A stretch of DNA of 64,000 nt from Candidatus Bathyarchaeota archaeon (lineage in GTDB: Archaea > Thermoproteota > Bathyarchaeia > Bathyarchaeales > Bathycorpusculaceae): positions 256,001 to 320,000 of the forward strand of contig CAWGYA010000002.1 in NCBI GenBank assembly GCA_963826715.1, in the 5' to 3' direction. The notes under the pieces are model-generated. The model was not told the origin of the DNA. It saw nothing but the letters and a program-made list of their open reading frames with translations, and made no database searches. The position numbers and the translations under genes are program-made. Positions 1-9,319 of the stretch are shown here, one piece after another; within the stretch, counting starts at the first letter, position 1, and each line of letters opens with the position of its first letter.

Positions 1-790
1 AGAAAAGGCACATATTTTTTGAGTTTTGGGGCATTTAGGTGCAACTGAGGGATACCAACGTTAGCTTATGGGGTAAACCGGAATTTAACCTCAACTATAA
101 ACCCGATAATAAACCTGATAGTATTAAGGGGCTATATTTTTTCCCTAGACCCCCATCAAGAACGCAACAGCCAAGAGTGTAAAACAAATTTACTTTTCAG
201 GACAAAGCAAAAAAAAAGAGCCCATACTTAGCGGTTGACTCAACATTTCTCCTGCAGGAAGAAAAACCAACTATGAGAAAAGTAACCAATCAAACCTTTC
301 CCGTTTTAATGGTGAGAAGTAAAACATCAAATCATATTAATCGAAAATTAAAAGATTTGTCATGATGAAAATTTTTCGGAGCGTTCCATAAACTGAAAGG
401 GGAAGGTCAGTTGTAGACACAAAAGGGATAATATTGGGGACTCTTAGCGTAGGAGAAGGTAAAACGTGTCTACAACTCTCCCTACAATGATAAACAGAGT
501 CTGAGAATATCTATTTTATGAATTTGAAATAAGTAAAATTTCTCAATACCTCCATGCGGATATCAAAAGTTGATTTTAAGCAGAATTTCAATCAAGGTCT
601 AAATTTAATAAATTCAAATATGAATGAACTTTAACTGAATAAGATTGTATCTTTCATATATTGAATTACGAGGTAAATTCACTTAGAATCAAATTTTCTT
701 TTTCATAACTTGTGTCACCGAGGCACAGAAACAATAGGTACAGCAGCTTTATGGCATATGTTCGTTTATTGAAGTTCTCAGGTATTTAGA

Positions 791-1018
791 GTGGAGACTA
801 ATAAAACAGTATATTTCAAACAAAGAAAGAAAATGGAAAACAAAATTGCCAATATCTTCGAAAATGACATGAAAAGTGTTCCAAGTAGATTCAGAATTAT
901 ATTAGCGGACGATATTTTATCCGCATTTGAAAGTAGAATTTATGCATTAAACCAAGCGCAAACAGAATTGCAGGTTAACGCAATAACCGAAGGAGATGTC
1001 CAAAATAAGGAGATCTAA
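791..1018 (+). CDS. small hypothetical protein, overlaps downstream wHTH gene
   Basis: 75-aa ORF overlapping 996..1322; no recognisable motif. Confidence 0.5.
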   Translation: METNKTVYFKQRKKMENKIANIFENDMKSVPSRFRIILADDILSAFESRIYALNQAQTELQVNAITEGDVQNKEI

Positions 1019-1322
1019 ACTCGAAACGTACGTTGACATCCTTAGTTTATTGGCGCACAAGGGACCGTTAAAGCTTACACACATAATGCACAAAGCCAAT
1101 GTCAACTACAACGTACTAAAAGAAAACTTAACCTTCCTTATCAAACAAGGCTTGGTTGAAGAACACACCATTAGGATAGAACGGACAGTTTTCACAGTAA
1201 CTCAACGTGGAATAACCGTGTTAAAGTATTTCCGAGAACTCACCCAAGCGCTTCCTATTTCTGAAGTGACTCTAAGTCAAAAAAGTAGTTCTTCTGATAA
1301 ATTTTACAAAAACAGTACCTAA
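996..1322 (+). CDS. winged-helix transcriptional regulator (archaeal HTH_45-like)
   Basis: RRSKLETYVDIL...LTHIMHKANVNY...L..LIKQGLV...VTQRG pattern. Confidence 0.8.
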   Translation: MSKIRRSKLETYVDILSLLAHKGPLKLTHIMHKANVNYNVLKENLTFLIKQGLVEEHTIRIERTVFTVTQRGITVLKYFRELTQALPISEVTLSQKSSSSDKFYKNST

Positions 1323-1696
1323 AACCTCTTTCTCCAAAATTATTTGCGACCACGTCATAGGCTGCTGACGACAAATTAGTTAATTCTATCTTAAAATTTA
1401 GCCGAAAAATTTTGTAACAGAAAATCTGAATTCCTAATGAAATTAAAAAATGAAAACCAATGAATTTCAATTAAGCGTAGGAACCGATAATAAAGGTAAA
1501 AACTAAAATTTTTCTCTCCTTTTTCAGTTTGAATTGGGAAAAATTGTGGATTTACCTATAAACTCATCTCGTTAATTATTGATTCGTCTTTTTTAATTTT
1601 CAAAAGGTTTATCGTAAGTTTAAATGTCAATTCTTTATCTTTAGTTAAACAGATTACTCAATTTATAAAAAACAAAAGAAGGCAACAAACAGCCTA

Positions 1697-1828
1697 CTAA
1701 TGCAAAACTTTTGAATTTATTGTTTTTTGGAAATTTGGTGGGGTCGGCCGGATTTGAACCGACTTCACTTTCTCTTTTTTGAAAAGAGAACCTGAGCTAA
1801 GAGAAAAATTATTGTTTTTGTTGTTCAT
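1697..1828 (-). CDS. Int(N): N-terminal fragment of split integrase
   Basis: MNNKNNNFSLSSGSLFKKEKVK-SVQIRPTPPNF-QKT...*; the att-encoded SVQIRPTPPNF is in the same frame as Int(C); missed by the ORF track. Confidence 0.85.
   Translation of the reverse strand: MNNKNNNFSLSSGSLFKKEKVKSVQIRPTPPNFQKTINSKVLH
1729..1763 (-). repeat. att site (distal copy of tRNA-Trp 3' end)
   Basis: ggaaatttggtggggtcggccggatttgaaccgac identical to 9285-9319. Confidence 0.95.
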
Positions 1829-1902
1829 GTTCTTTGCCTAAAGAAATAAAGGGAATACACACTTATAAAGTAGTATTTTATACTATCAAGTAGGATAGAG
1901 TT

Positions 1903-2055
1903 ATGAAAACCAAAGTAAGTGCAACATTAGATCAAGCTATTTTAGAATGGATAGACTCTCAAGTCAAAACTCAAAGATTCCGAAATAGAAGTCACGCTAT
2001 TGATTATGCCTTAACCCAACTCATAAACCAAGGAAAAACCGAGAATATAATGTAA
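1903..2055 (+). CDS. ribbon-helix-helix (CopG-like) regulator, 50 aa
   Basis: MKTKVSATLDQAILEWIDSQVKTQRFRNRSHAIDYAL, a classic RHH pattern; divergent from Int(N); below the ORF-track cutoff. Confidence 0.8.
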   Translation: MKTKVSATLDQAILEWIDSQVKTQRFRNRSHAIDYALTQLINQGKTENIM

Positions 2056-2103
2056 AGAAAAAGAGAAAAGGTTCACTTTTAGACTTCGATTGTTTGCGTT
2101 ACC

Positions 2104-2514
2104 TCATAATAATATCTCGACAAGGCGGGATTTTTCAGTGATAACACGAGAGTTAACCGTTACCGTTGGCTCACTATAACTTAGAATAACATCTATTTGG
2201 TCTGCAACATCACGCAATTTTTGAGCCGTTTCATGTGTTCCCGGAAGATAACCACATTCAAGCCTATACCAACCATGCTCTTTATCAACGCGGGGTTTTG
2301 ACTCTGGAGCTTTCCTACTGTAAGCGATAAACTGCACTTCAGAACCATACTTGTAACTATTAGTTACCAAACCAATAGCGAATGTGCTATCCGGAAAAAC
2401 CAACTTTTCTTTTTCGTTAATTGTTGCCGTTGTCAAATGGCTAGTCGTTGGAGAAATAAGCAAATCGTAGTAGTAAGCACCGTAACGAATTTTTGGCTCA
2501 GAAACAAATGTCAA
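2104..2514 (-). CDS. hypothetical element protein
   Basis: 136-aa ORF, 4-bp overlap with upstream gene. Confidence 0.65.
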   Translation of the reverse strand: MTFVSEPKIRYGAYYYDLLISPTTSHLTTATINEKEKLVFPDSTFAIGLVTNSYKYGSEVQFIAYSRKAPESKPRVDKEHGWYRLECGYLPGTHETAQKLRDVADQIDVILSYSEPTVTVNSRVITEKSRLVEILL

Positions 2515-3164
2515 CGCTTAAAACTCCAAGGACTAGTGTTTACAAGTTCAGAAGAATGATAAGCGCATACCTGATACTCCTTAGCGACCTTGCCTTTAGG
2601 GTGATAAATCATAACTGATGTAGCTTCGTTTTTGCAACTGCCAATCATACAACGGTTTTCTAATTCAGAGTCATTCACAATAGCGTTAGAATTGCAATTA
2701 ACAATTCGTCTAGGTCTATTCTGAACGTTCTGAGTAAAACTTAACTCTCCAATAGCAACATTAACAACAGTTTCTTTTCTATCAGGTTCAATTTTCGTAT
2801 TAGCTAAGGCATGCTTTTTTATCATAGTTGCTGTTACGTAAGCCACGCTGTATTCGCAGAGTATTTTACAAACTGAGGTTCCATTTTGCTTTACTGCATT
2901 ATTTAAGGCTGTGCGTAGGTTTTTTGGGCAATCAAAACTTAAATGCGTCATTTCTCCATTAAATAAGGCTTGCTTAGTCGCTAAATCATCTATGGAAAAA
3001 GGCATGCTTTCAGCAATACGTAAATCCATAGTTGTTTTAGCTTTTTTGTTGTGTTTGGTTGTGAATGCTTTAGGATTGTAGTTTATGGGTTGTTCATTAA
3101 TTAAATAATCATGCTCTTCTGTGGGGTTTTGAAATGCTAAATCTTTGGGGTTAGTGGCTGTCAT
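2511..3164 (-). CDS. RHH-like domain protein with C-terminal Cys/His Zn finger
   Basis: THLSFDCPKNLRTALNNAVKQNGTSVCKIL (RHH-like) and CMIGSC...CAYH. Confidence 0.65.
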   Translation of the reverse strand: MTATNPKDLAFQNPTEEHDYLINEQPINYNPKAFTTKHNKKAKTTMDLRIAESMPFSIDDLATKQALFNGEMTHLSFDCPKNLRTALNNAVKQNGTSVCKILCEYSVAYVTATMIKKHALANTKIEPDRKETVVNVAIGELSFTQNVQNRPRRIVNCNSNAIVNDSELENRCMIGSCKNEATSVMIYHPKGKVAKEYQVCAYHSSELVNTSPWSFKR

Positions 3165-3325
3165 GCTGTTGCCTTCTTACAGTTTTTGCCGTTGTTGGTT
3201 AAGCAAACTTTGTGTGGTTCCCAACCGTCATAAAAGTCGCAAGTTCCATCTAGAACTTTTGAGCAGAAGAAACTGTATGGAGTGATGTCTTTTAGCAAAA
3301 GTTTTAAATGAAATTCTCTGCTCAA
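3161..3325 (-). CDS. Cys-rich micro-protein, 54 aa
   Basis: TTG start; MSREFHLKLLLKDITPYSFFCSKVLDGTCDFYDGWEPHKVCLTNNGKNCKKATA; 4-bp overlaps with both neighbours. Confidence 0.65.
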   Translation of the reverse strand: MSREFHLKLLLKDITPYSFFCSKVLDGTCDFYDGWEPHKVCLTNNGKNCKKATA

Positions 3326-3567
3326 GTAGATACAGCTCCCATACTATAGTTTAGTTGGGGTGCGGCTGCTTGTCGAGGTTGATCTTGGCGGGTCGCCTCA
3401 CAAGCTACAGTTAACCAACAGTGAACGTTTAAGCCGTCGTCGCTGGGCATTATTTTGCTCCGGACGCTTAACGGGAAAACGTTTTCTAAGGTTTCAAGGG
3501 TTTTTAAAACTCGGGTTTGTTCCCCGATTATTTTTATGCTTATTTTGGTGTTTGTGTTCATGTTCAA
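3322..3567 (-). CDS. hypothetical element protein
   Basis: 81-aa ORF, first of four translationally coupled genes. Confidence 0.6.
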   Translation of the reverse strand: MNMNTNTKISIKIIGEQTRVLKTLETLENVFPLSVRSKIMPSDDGLNVHCWLTVACEATRQDQPRQAAAPQLNYSMGAVST

Positions 3568-3620
3568 CTTTCACTTGAACCGTTGCTGTGCCTCCAAGCA
3601 ACAGTTGGCTTCAAACATTT

Positions 3621-3676
3621 TATCGCTACGTAGCTATTCGCACCGATATTAATATAAGTATCGCTACGTAGTGATA
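3621..3676. promoter_or_regulatory. paired palindromic operator-like sites around an AT-rich divergent promoter
   Basis: tatcgctacgtag at 3621-3633 and 3659-3671; the second extends to the near-perfect palindrome tatcgctacgtagtgata. Confidence 0.6.
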
Positions 3677-3687
3677 CAGGGTTAATT

Positions 3688-4263
3688 ATGCCGAGAAACA
3701 AGGAAGCCGTGAGAAAAGCACAAGAAAAATATCGAGATAAGAAACGGCAAGAGTTGGCAGAAAAAGCTAAAGTAATTAGGGAATATAAAAAACAAACTGA
3801 TAAGAAATTAGTCAACATCCTTTTTAATCGTTTATCGGAACAAGAGCAGCAACAAATAAAACCGCTCATAGATGCTGAAAAATTTCAAGAAGCAAAAAGA
3901 GCACTGGTTTTATTACAATATCAAAAAAGGGAAAAACAAGCTTTTGACATTAATAATTTTAAGCATCAACTTGTGAAAAAATATGTTCATTCTGATCCTG
4001 AATACTTAATACTTACACAAGAAGGACAGGCCTTCTATGAAAAATCTTTTCTCGCTTTCCTGAATTTCTTACAAACAACTCATGATTTAGAATTTCTAAA
4101 ACAAAGCGAGGATAAGGATGTTCTTTCAAAAATTGACATCTATCATACAAAACAATCCAAAGAAATAATGGCTGAGTTGGATCAATTCTTAAACAAAAAT
4201 TTAGTTAAATCAACCAAAGAAGTTAGAAAAGAAAGAGATAATCAGGGAAAAATAAACCTTTAA
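3688..4263 (+). CDS. hypothetical protein with basic helical N-terminus
   Basis: 191-aa ORF, RKAQEKYRDKKR basic region. Confidence 0.7.
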   Translation: MPRNKEAVRKAQEKYRDKKRQELAEKAKVIREYKKQTDKKLVNILFNRLSEQEQQQIKPLIDAEKFQEAKRALVLLQYQKREKQAFDINNFKHQLVKKYVHSDPEYLILTQEGQAFYEKSFLAFLNFLQTTHDLEFLKQSEDKDVLSKIDIYHTKQSKEIMAELDQFLNKNLVKSTKEVRKERDNQGKINL

Positions 4264-4303
4264 AATGGGTTAATTAAGCTAAATCCGTTAGGAGAATCAA
4301 CTG

Positions 4304-4567
4304 TTGACTGTATCCCCCCCAATAAGAAGCGACATATTATTAGCCTTATGGAAAAATTACCATATCTTAAAGGATTTACGCGAAGCAATAGAACAAAACA
4401 AAAAAGATGTTTCCCCCAAAAACAAATTTCAAGTTTACATTATTCAGGTTCAAGCTCAACTTTGCAAGGCTATTCTCGCAGGGTTAAGCGATCAGGAGCT
4501 AGAACTTAGATTAAAGGTGCTTGAGGAAAAATTAGCTAACGGAGTGTTAATCCCAAAACATGAATAA
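4304..4567 (+). CDS. hypothetical helical protein
   Basis: 87-aa ORF with AGGAG upstream, coupled to next gene. Confidence 0.6.
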   Translation: MTVSPPIRSDILLALWKNYHILKDLREAIEQNKKDVSPKNKFQVYIIQVQAQLCKAILAGLSDQELELRLKVLEEKLANGVLIPKHE

Positions 4568-5180
4568 CCTAAATAGAAAACTAACCAAACTAGAAAACAA
4601 CGTTGTTTCAGAAAATCCAAACCCTCAAGAAACCTTTTTGTCAATCCATAACGAAGCGGAACAAGCGTTACACGAACACGCAGCAAAAATACACAGAAAC
4701 CTAGTTAACAACTCTAACATTACCCTCGACATGATGTTTGATACTTCTATCCCGCTCATTAAACGTAATGAAATGGCTAAAGCACAACTGGCAGAGTATG
4801 ATCAAAACGACTTAGCTATACTTAATTCAAGTGATAACTTGATAAAACGTCGGATTCTTGACTTATTCATTAATGACCAAACAGCTATTTACCCAGAACA
4901 TAAGAACTATTTTTCAGAGCGTTTAATGTGGTTTCTATCAGAGTTTCAAGAATACGTAAAGCAGCAAACACATGCGACAATAATTGAGGAAAGCCCAGAA
5001 TATCAAGCAAACTTAGATGACGATAATGCGCCGGATTTAGTTGAAGAATATTTTAAAACCCAGCGTGACACTTTTACGCTTGAAAGCTGGGATGTTTTTT
5101 TTGATACTTACGTTTTGCCGATAGTAAGGAAACATCTAAAAGAAAAGTCAGAATTAGCCAAATCTGTTACTATTTCATAA
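4560..5180 (+). CDS. hypothetical element protein
   Basis: 206-aa ORF. Confidence 0.7.
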   Translation: MNNLNRKLTKLENNVVSENPNPQETFLSIHNEAEQALHEHAAKIHRNLVNNSNITLDMMFDTSIPLIKRNEMAKAQLAEYDQNDLAILNSSDNLIKRRILDLFINDQTAIYPEHKNYFSERLMWFLSEFQEYVKQQTHATIIEESPEYQANLDDDNAPDLVEEYFKTQRDTFTLESWDVFFDTYVLPIVRKHLKEKSELAKSVTIS

Positions 5181-5583
5181 TTGGAGTAGGATAAATTTTC
5201 TCTAGTTCTGGAATCAAAGCCCTTGCTTCAGTTAATTGATCGGTTAAGCTTGCAATATCTTGATTCGCTTGATCTATTTCAATATTCAAAGTTTCAATTT
5301 GCGCATTCAACTGAATTACATCATTATTCTTTGACAAGCTAGTCTTCTCAAGGTTACTGAGTTGACTCTGCAAATTAGTAATTTGTTTATTTAACTGAGC
5401 TACTTCGCGGTTTTTACTGCTTATTTCACTTTGAAGTTTGGAAATGTCGTTTATCAAATTTCCATGATCAGTTAAGTATGCTTGATAAGAGAACCAGCCT
5501 AACACTGAAAAAAGGAAAATACATAAAGCGATTGCTGAGATTTTTTTTGCGGTTGACTTTCTTATTGAAACGGTTTCTGACAT
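5170..5583 (-). CDS. membrane-anchored coiled-coil protein (paralog 1)
   Basis: N-terminal basic patch + TM helix + heptad coiled coil; similar to 5628..6050. Confidence 0.75.
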   Translation of the reverse strand: MSETVSIRKSTAKKISAIALCIFLFSVLGWFSYQAYLTDHGNLINDISKLQSEISSKNREVAQLNKQITNLQSQLSNLEKTSLSKNNDVIQLNAQIETLNIEIDQANQDIASLTDQLTEARALIPELEKIYPTPIMK

Positions 5584-5627
5584 TTTATTTGGCTACCCTT
5601 TTTCCTTTTTTAAATCTTCACTTGCTT

Positions 5628-6050
5628 TTACTTAACGATAACAACTGGGCCTTCTGCTATTCCTGCCTGTAATATTTTGATATAATGTTGTGCGTCTGAT
5701 AATTCGTTTGTCAAGGTTGTAATTTTATTGTTAGCTTGTCCGAGTTCAACATTTAGAGCATTTATTTCTGAGCTTAACTGTACTATATCATCACTCGTAG
5801 GGGAAATAATTTTTGTCAGATTATTTATTTGACTCTGTAAGTCAGCAATTTGTATGTTTAATTGTTCAATGTCAGAGGATTTATTGTTCAATTGGTTTTG
5901 GAGTTGAGAAATATTCTTTGTTAGAGCAACACGTGGAAGAAAGACTCTATCATAGAGGAAGTAACTAGCAGCGGAAAGTACGATAATAATACAAGTTACT
6001 GCAATTAATTTCTTGACCGTTGATTTCTTGACTACAATTTTTTCCGACAT
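5628..6050 (-). CDS. membrane-anchored coiled-coil protein (paralog 2)
   Basis: MSEKIVVKKST vs MSETVSIRKST; ISQLQ/ISKLQ and QLN.QI..LQSQ shared. Confidence 0.75.
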   Translation of the reverse strand: MSEKIVVKKSTVKKLIAVTCIIIVLSAASYFLYDRVFLPRVALTKNISQLQNQLNNKSSDIEQLNIQIADLQSQINNLTKIISPTSDDIVQLSSEINALNVELGQANNKITTLTNELSDAQHYIKILQAGIAEGPVVIVK

Positions 6051-6159
6051 GTACTTGCCCCGCAAAATTGAATTGTTTTACTATTTGATACATTTTGCTT
6101 ATTTAATTTGCCACTTCCTTTCTTTAAGGCTGTTCCTTGCAGATTGAATCACTATTAGC

Positions 6160-6717
6160 TTAACACTCTTTTTCACGAATCTTTTTTTTATTCTCAACTT
6201 TCAGCACTTTATTTCTATTCTTATTCCAGAGAATATCAATAATTATCGCTGCAACTATTATGGGAATAGAGAATACAAGAATCAGAGCAATACCATATTG
6301 GTCGAATAAATAGGAATAATCTGGAAAATAATATCGATATAGTGTCACACAGTAATCCTGAATTGCCCAAACAGGAGTGTAGAATGGATCGATTGAATTA
6401 GCAAGTTTGTTTGATATTTCCCCATAAGGGACACGAAGAACTGTGGTTGTCAACCATGACCAAAACTGTAATCTCAAACCAACAAAAAATATAGATCCAG
6501 TAAGCATGCTTAATGGCGTATAGAAAAATAAAATCCGTTTCCAAAATTGATAATCCTTAAAGAAATCCTTGAATTTCACTTGATAGAGAATTGCTGCTAT
6601 ACCGATTGTTAATCCGACAATATATCCGACATGAGCAATAGTCTGAGAACTATAGCCATCCAGTAAAGATAGAACTATAGTTTGAAAATCTGTCTCTGAG
6701 ATAGCATACAAGCTCAT
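6160..6717 (-). CDS. multi-pass membrane protein
   Basis: about three hydrophobic segments. Confidence 0.7.
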   Translation of the reverse strand: MSLYAISETDFQTIVLSLLDGYSSQTIAHVGYIVGLTIGIAAILYQVKFKDFFKDYQFWKRILFFYTPLSMLTGSIFFVGLRLQFWSWLTTTVLRVPYGEISNKLANSIDPFYTPVWAIQDYCVTLYRYYFPDYSYLFDQYGIALILVFSIPIIVAAIIIDILWNKNRNKVLKVENKKKIREKEC

Positions 6718-7095
6718 GTTTGCTAAATCGTTCGTTTTTCTATATTTAATTTGCTATTTTAGTTTACGGCACAGATTGACAAGCGTGCGCCGTATGGTTG
6801 ACGTTGAACTAATCAAAGTCGGAAAAAATAACTCTATTGCATTAGCACAATCGCCACGCATATGGTCGTCTTACAACTTCCTCTAAAATCCTTTCTGCAT
6901 CTTCGAGGTTTTCAGCTACGACAATTATCTCTACATTCTAGTCTAAATCTGAGGTAAATATAAAACGTGGCATATCTTTCCATCACTAAAAACATTCTTA
7001 CAAGGGTACAAATAAAGTTAGCGAAATATTAGCCCACTTTTTTTGACTTTTTTAGCGATGCAAAAACTTTAACCGTCAATAGATAGAAATAACTT

Positions 7096-7548
7096 TTGAA
7101 AGAGAAAATGTCAAAAAAGTTTTTGGTTACAGGTTTGGTTATTGGTCTTCTAATAGGGTTATCCATAGGTTATTTTTTGCCAAGCCTTATTTCAAATCAA
7201 TTAAGTCTTAATGAAATTACGGATCATAAAGTATCTTTAACGGTAACCAACATGGCAATTCAAGTAACTGGAGATTACTATCTTCTTCGAGTAAGTGCAA
7301 ACTTACCTTATAACAGCCTGACTTTATTCAATTGCGTAATGAAAGTGAGTTATCTAACGGAAAATAATCTTTGGAAAACTGCTTCTGAGAATATTGGACT
7401 TGTAAATTATGGTCAATATGTAGAGCCACACGTTAAGTTAGATGCTGATTTCAAAATTGGTGACCCAACACTTGAACACAGTAATTACTATCACTCATAT
7501 GATGGCGCCAATGTTGAAGTCGAAGTATATGGTTATATTGAGCCATAG
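7096..7548 (+). CDS. secreted/membrane-anchored protein
   Basis: N-terminal GLVIGLLIGLSIG helix followed by a beta-rich domain. Confidence 0.7.
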   Translation: MKEKMSKKFLVTGLVIGLLIGLSIGYFLPSLISNQLSLNEITDHKVSLTVTNMAIQVTGDYYLLRVSANLPYNSLTLFNCVMKVSYLTENNLWKTASENIGLVNYGQYVEPHVKLDADFKIGDPTLEHSNYYHSYDGANVEVEVYGYIEP

Positions 7549-7673
7549 CCGAGTTCGAAAAAATGTCGAATTAATTATGTTTGATAAGGTCAAAACATAG
7601 ATGGATAACTTATATGAAATCAACAAGTTTTAAAAAGAAACTGAGTCAAATACTAAGTAATAGAGGGTTCGAT

Positions 7674-8096
7674 ATGTTTAGCGCTAAGAATCCATTTGAA
7701 CCTCCAGTGAAGAAGAGAGCAACAATACGCGCAGAAGTGAAGAAGGCAGTTTTTGAACGAGCAAAAGGTCAATGTGAAAGCAGAAATTGTAATAAAAATC
7801 TAAAGTGGGGAAGTAGAGGTACAGGAACTAGAGGAGTATTCCACCATACGAGGAGTCCTTCTATATCTCCAACTGAAAAAACCGTAAGATTAGTTTGTCC
7901 AGATTGTCATTCAAATTTACATGAAATCAAAACAAGAACTAAAAATCACCCTCTTATAGGTCAAACAAAAGAAAGGGTCGTTGTTAGAAAAGATACAAAA
8001 CGCAAGGTAAAACAAGTTAGAAAAAAAGGGCTATCAAAAAGAAAACAGATTTTTCAAGTTTTCCAAATTCGTCACTTAAGTTTCCTTGAGGAATAA
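7674..8096 (+). CDS. HNH endonuclease-like protein
   Basis: VKKAVFERAKGQCESRNC...FHH...LVCPDCH; start re-assigned to MFSAKNP. Confidence 0.75.
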   Translation: MFSAKNPFEPPVKKRATIRAEVKKAVFERAKGQCESRNCNKNLKWGSRGTGTRGVFHHTRSPSISPTEKTVRLVCPDCHSNLHEIKTRTKNHPLIGQTKERVVVRKDTKRKVKQVRKKGLSKRKQIFQVFQIRHLSFLEE

Positions 8097-8098
8097 GA

Positions 8099-8212
8099 AT
8101 GACATCACCAAAAATAAAAAAGGGAAAATGGGAGAAAGAACGAGAACGTAACAAAGATGGGTCTTGGAGAAAAAAACGTAAAGACGCCGGAAAGAAACGT
8201 AAGAAAAAGTAA
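8099..8212 (+). CDS. very basic micro-protein, 37 aa
   Basis: MTSPKIKKGKWEKERERNKDGSWRKKRKDAGKKRKKK, 2 bp after the HNH stop. Confidence 0.55.
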   Translation: MTSPKIKKGKWEKERERNKDGSWRKKRKDAGKKRKKK

Positions 8213-8406
8213 CTTATTTCCGTTAAGTTGCTGTGAACAAAATGCTAGAAAAAAGGCAGTGAACTTTATAATTAAATGGAAGACTTCACCCTCAAAGTTA
8301 AAAGAACTTAGCAACAACTAGAAGAAGAACCAGTTGTTATGGTGCGTATCGCAGATGATGCAGAGATAATGATTACTCGGGAATACTAAAAATAGAAGAA
8401 AAAAAC

Positions 8407-9319
8407 CTATTTGGATTTTCTAAACAATTTAACCCCTTCCATGTCACATACAAACTCAAAACCCGACTCAACCAACAACATAGCTTCATCTGGATTTTTA
8501 GCGCATTTACAAACAAAACTCTGATCCTCAAAATGCACCAAATGAGTATAAACCAACGTATTCATAATGTTAACATGTCCAAGCAACTGCTTAACGTGCA
8601 AAATATCCTTAGTTTTATGATATTCATAAGAGGCTTTCCAGTGTCGAAAAGTTTTAAGGTTAATGCTCCTTAATCGGGGATTCTCCAACTTTTTAGCCAT
8701 GTATATTCGTGAGTCATAAAAATTCCGGGAAAACCGTTTTAACCTACTAGTTGGTGAGTCTCTGAAAACGTACTCGTTACGTTTCTTTAGACCCATAAGC
8801 ATAGCTAAAAGTTTACTTGATACTCTTAATGTTCTAGGTAAACTGTTCTTTTCAGGGTTATTGATTGTAACAACACTATTCTGGAAATCAATATCAATCC
8901 ATTTTAAAGCAAAGGCTTCTCCCGGTCTAGCACCTGTATCTTTAAGCATCTGAAGAAAGCAAGAAGTTTTCTTTCCACAGCCAGCAACCAAAGCATCAAC
9001 TTCACTTTCGGTTGGCACAAACGGTAATTTCTTTACAGCTCTATAGATTGGCTTCTCAAAAGGCAACTTTACATATTCACAGTATCGGGCGTATTTGTCG
9101 ACCAAAATCTGCTTTCGCGCTTCACTGACTTTCTTATTTGCTATAAACGTCTTAACTGCTTCAGTATCATTTAGAAAAACATTCTTTTCTAGGTACTTGA
9201 AAACGTCGCTGTATCCTTGAAGGGTAGCTTCCCGATAGCCCTTATTTTTTAGCCAAACAAGAAATTGCAAAACTGGGGGTGATCGGAAATTTGGTGGGGT
9301 CGGCCGGATTTGAACCGAC
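8407..9319 (-). CDS. Int(C): catalytic part of tyrosine recombinase (SSV-type)
   Basis: TGARPGE (R), PEKNS (K), LKTFRH (K-x-x-R), LLGH, TLVY (Y); the ORF-track N-terminus is only the translated tRNA. Confidence 0.92.
9285..9319 (-). repeat. att site within intact tRNA-Trp 3' end
   Basis: identical to 1729-1763. Confidence 0.95.

Larger units (their letters stand above)
1729..9319 (-). mobile_element. 7,556-bp integrated element (plasmid/provirus-like) in tRNA-Trp with SSV-type split integrase
   Basis: Perfect 35-bp direct repeats 1729-1763 and 9285-9319 containing the tRNA 3' end; Int(C) next to the tRNA and in-frame Int(N) at the other end; AT-rich cargo. Confidence 0.92.

Noticed and set aside
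362-396. ATGATGA...CTGA as a C/D sRNA
   Set aside because: Too short, with no internal C'/D' boxes or terminal stem
6842-8389. Two micro-ORFs with an internal TAG (6842-6973 minus; 8276-8389 plus) as amber/pyrrolysine readthrough
   Set aside because: Core genes here (pfkA, aguA, pheT) end normally at TAG and no pyl genes are visible; decay is simpler
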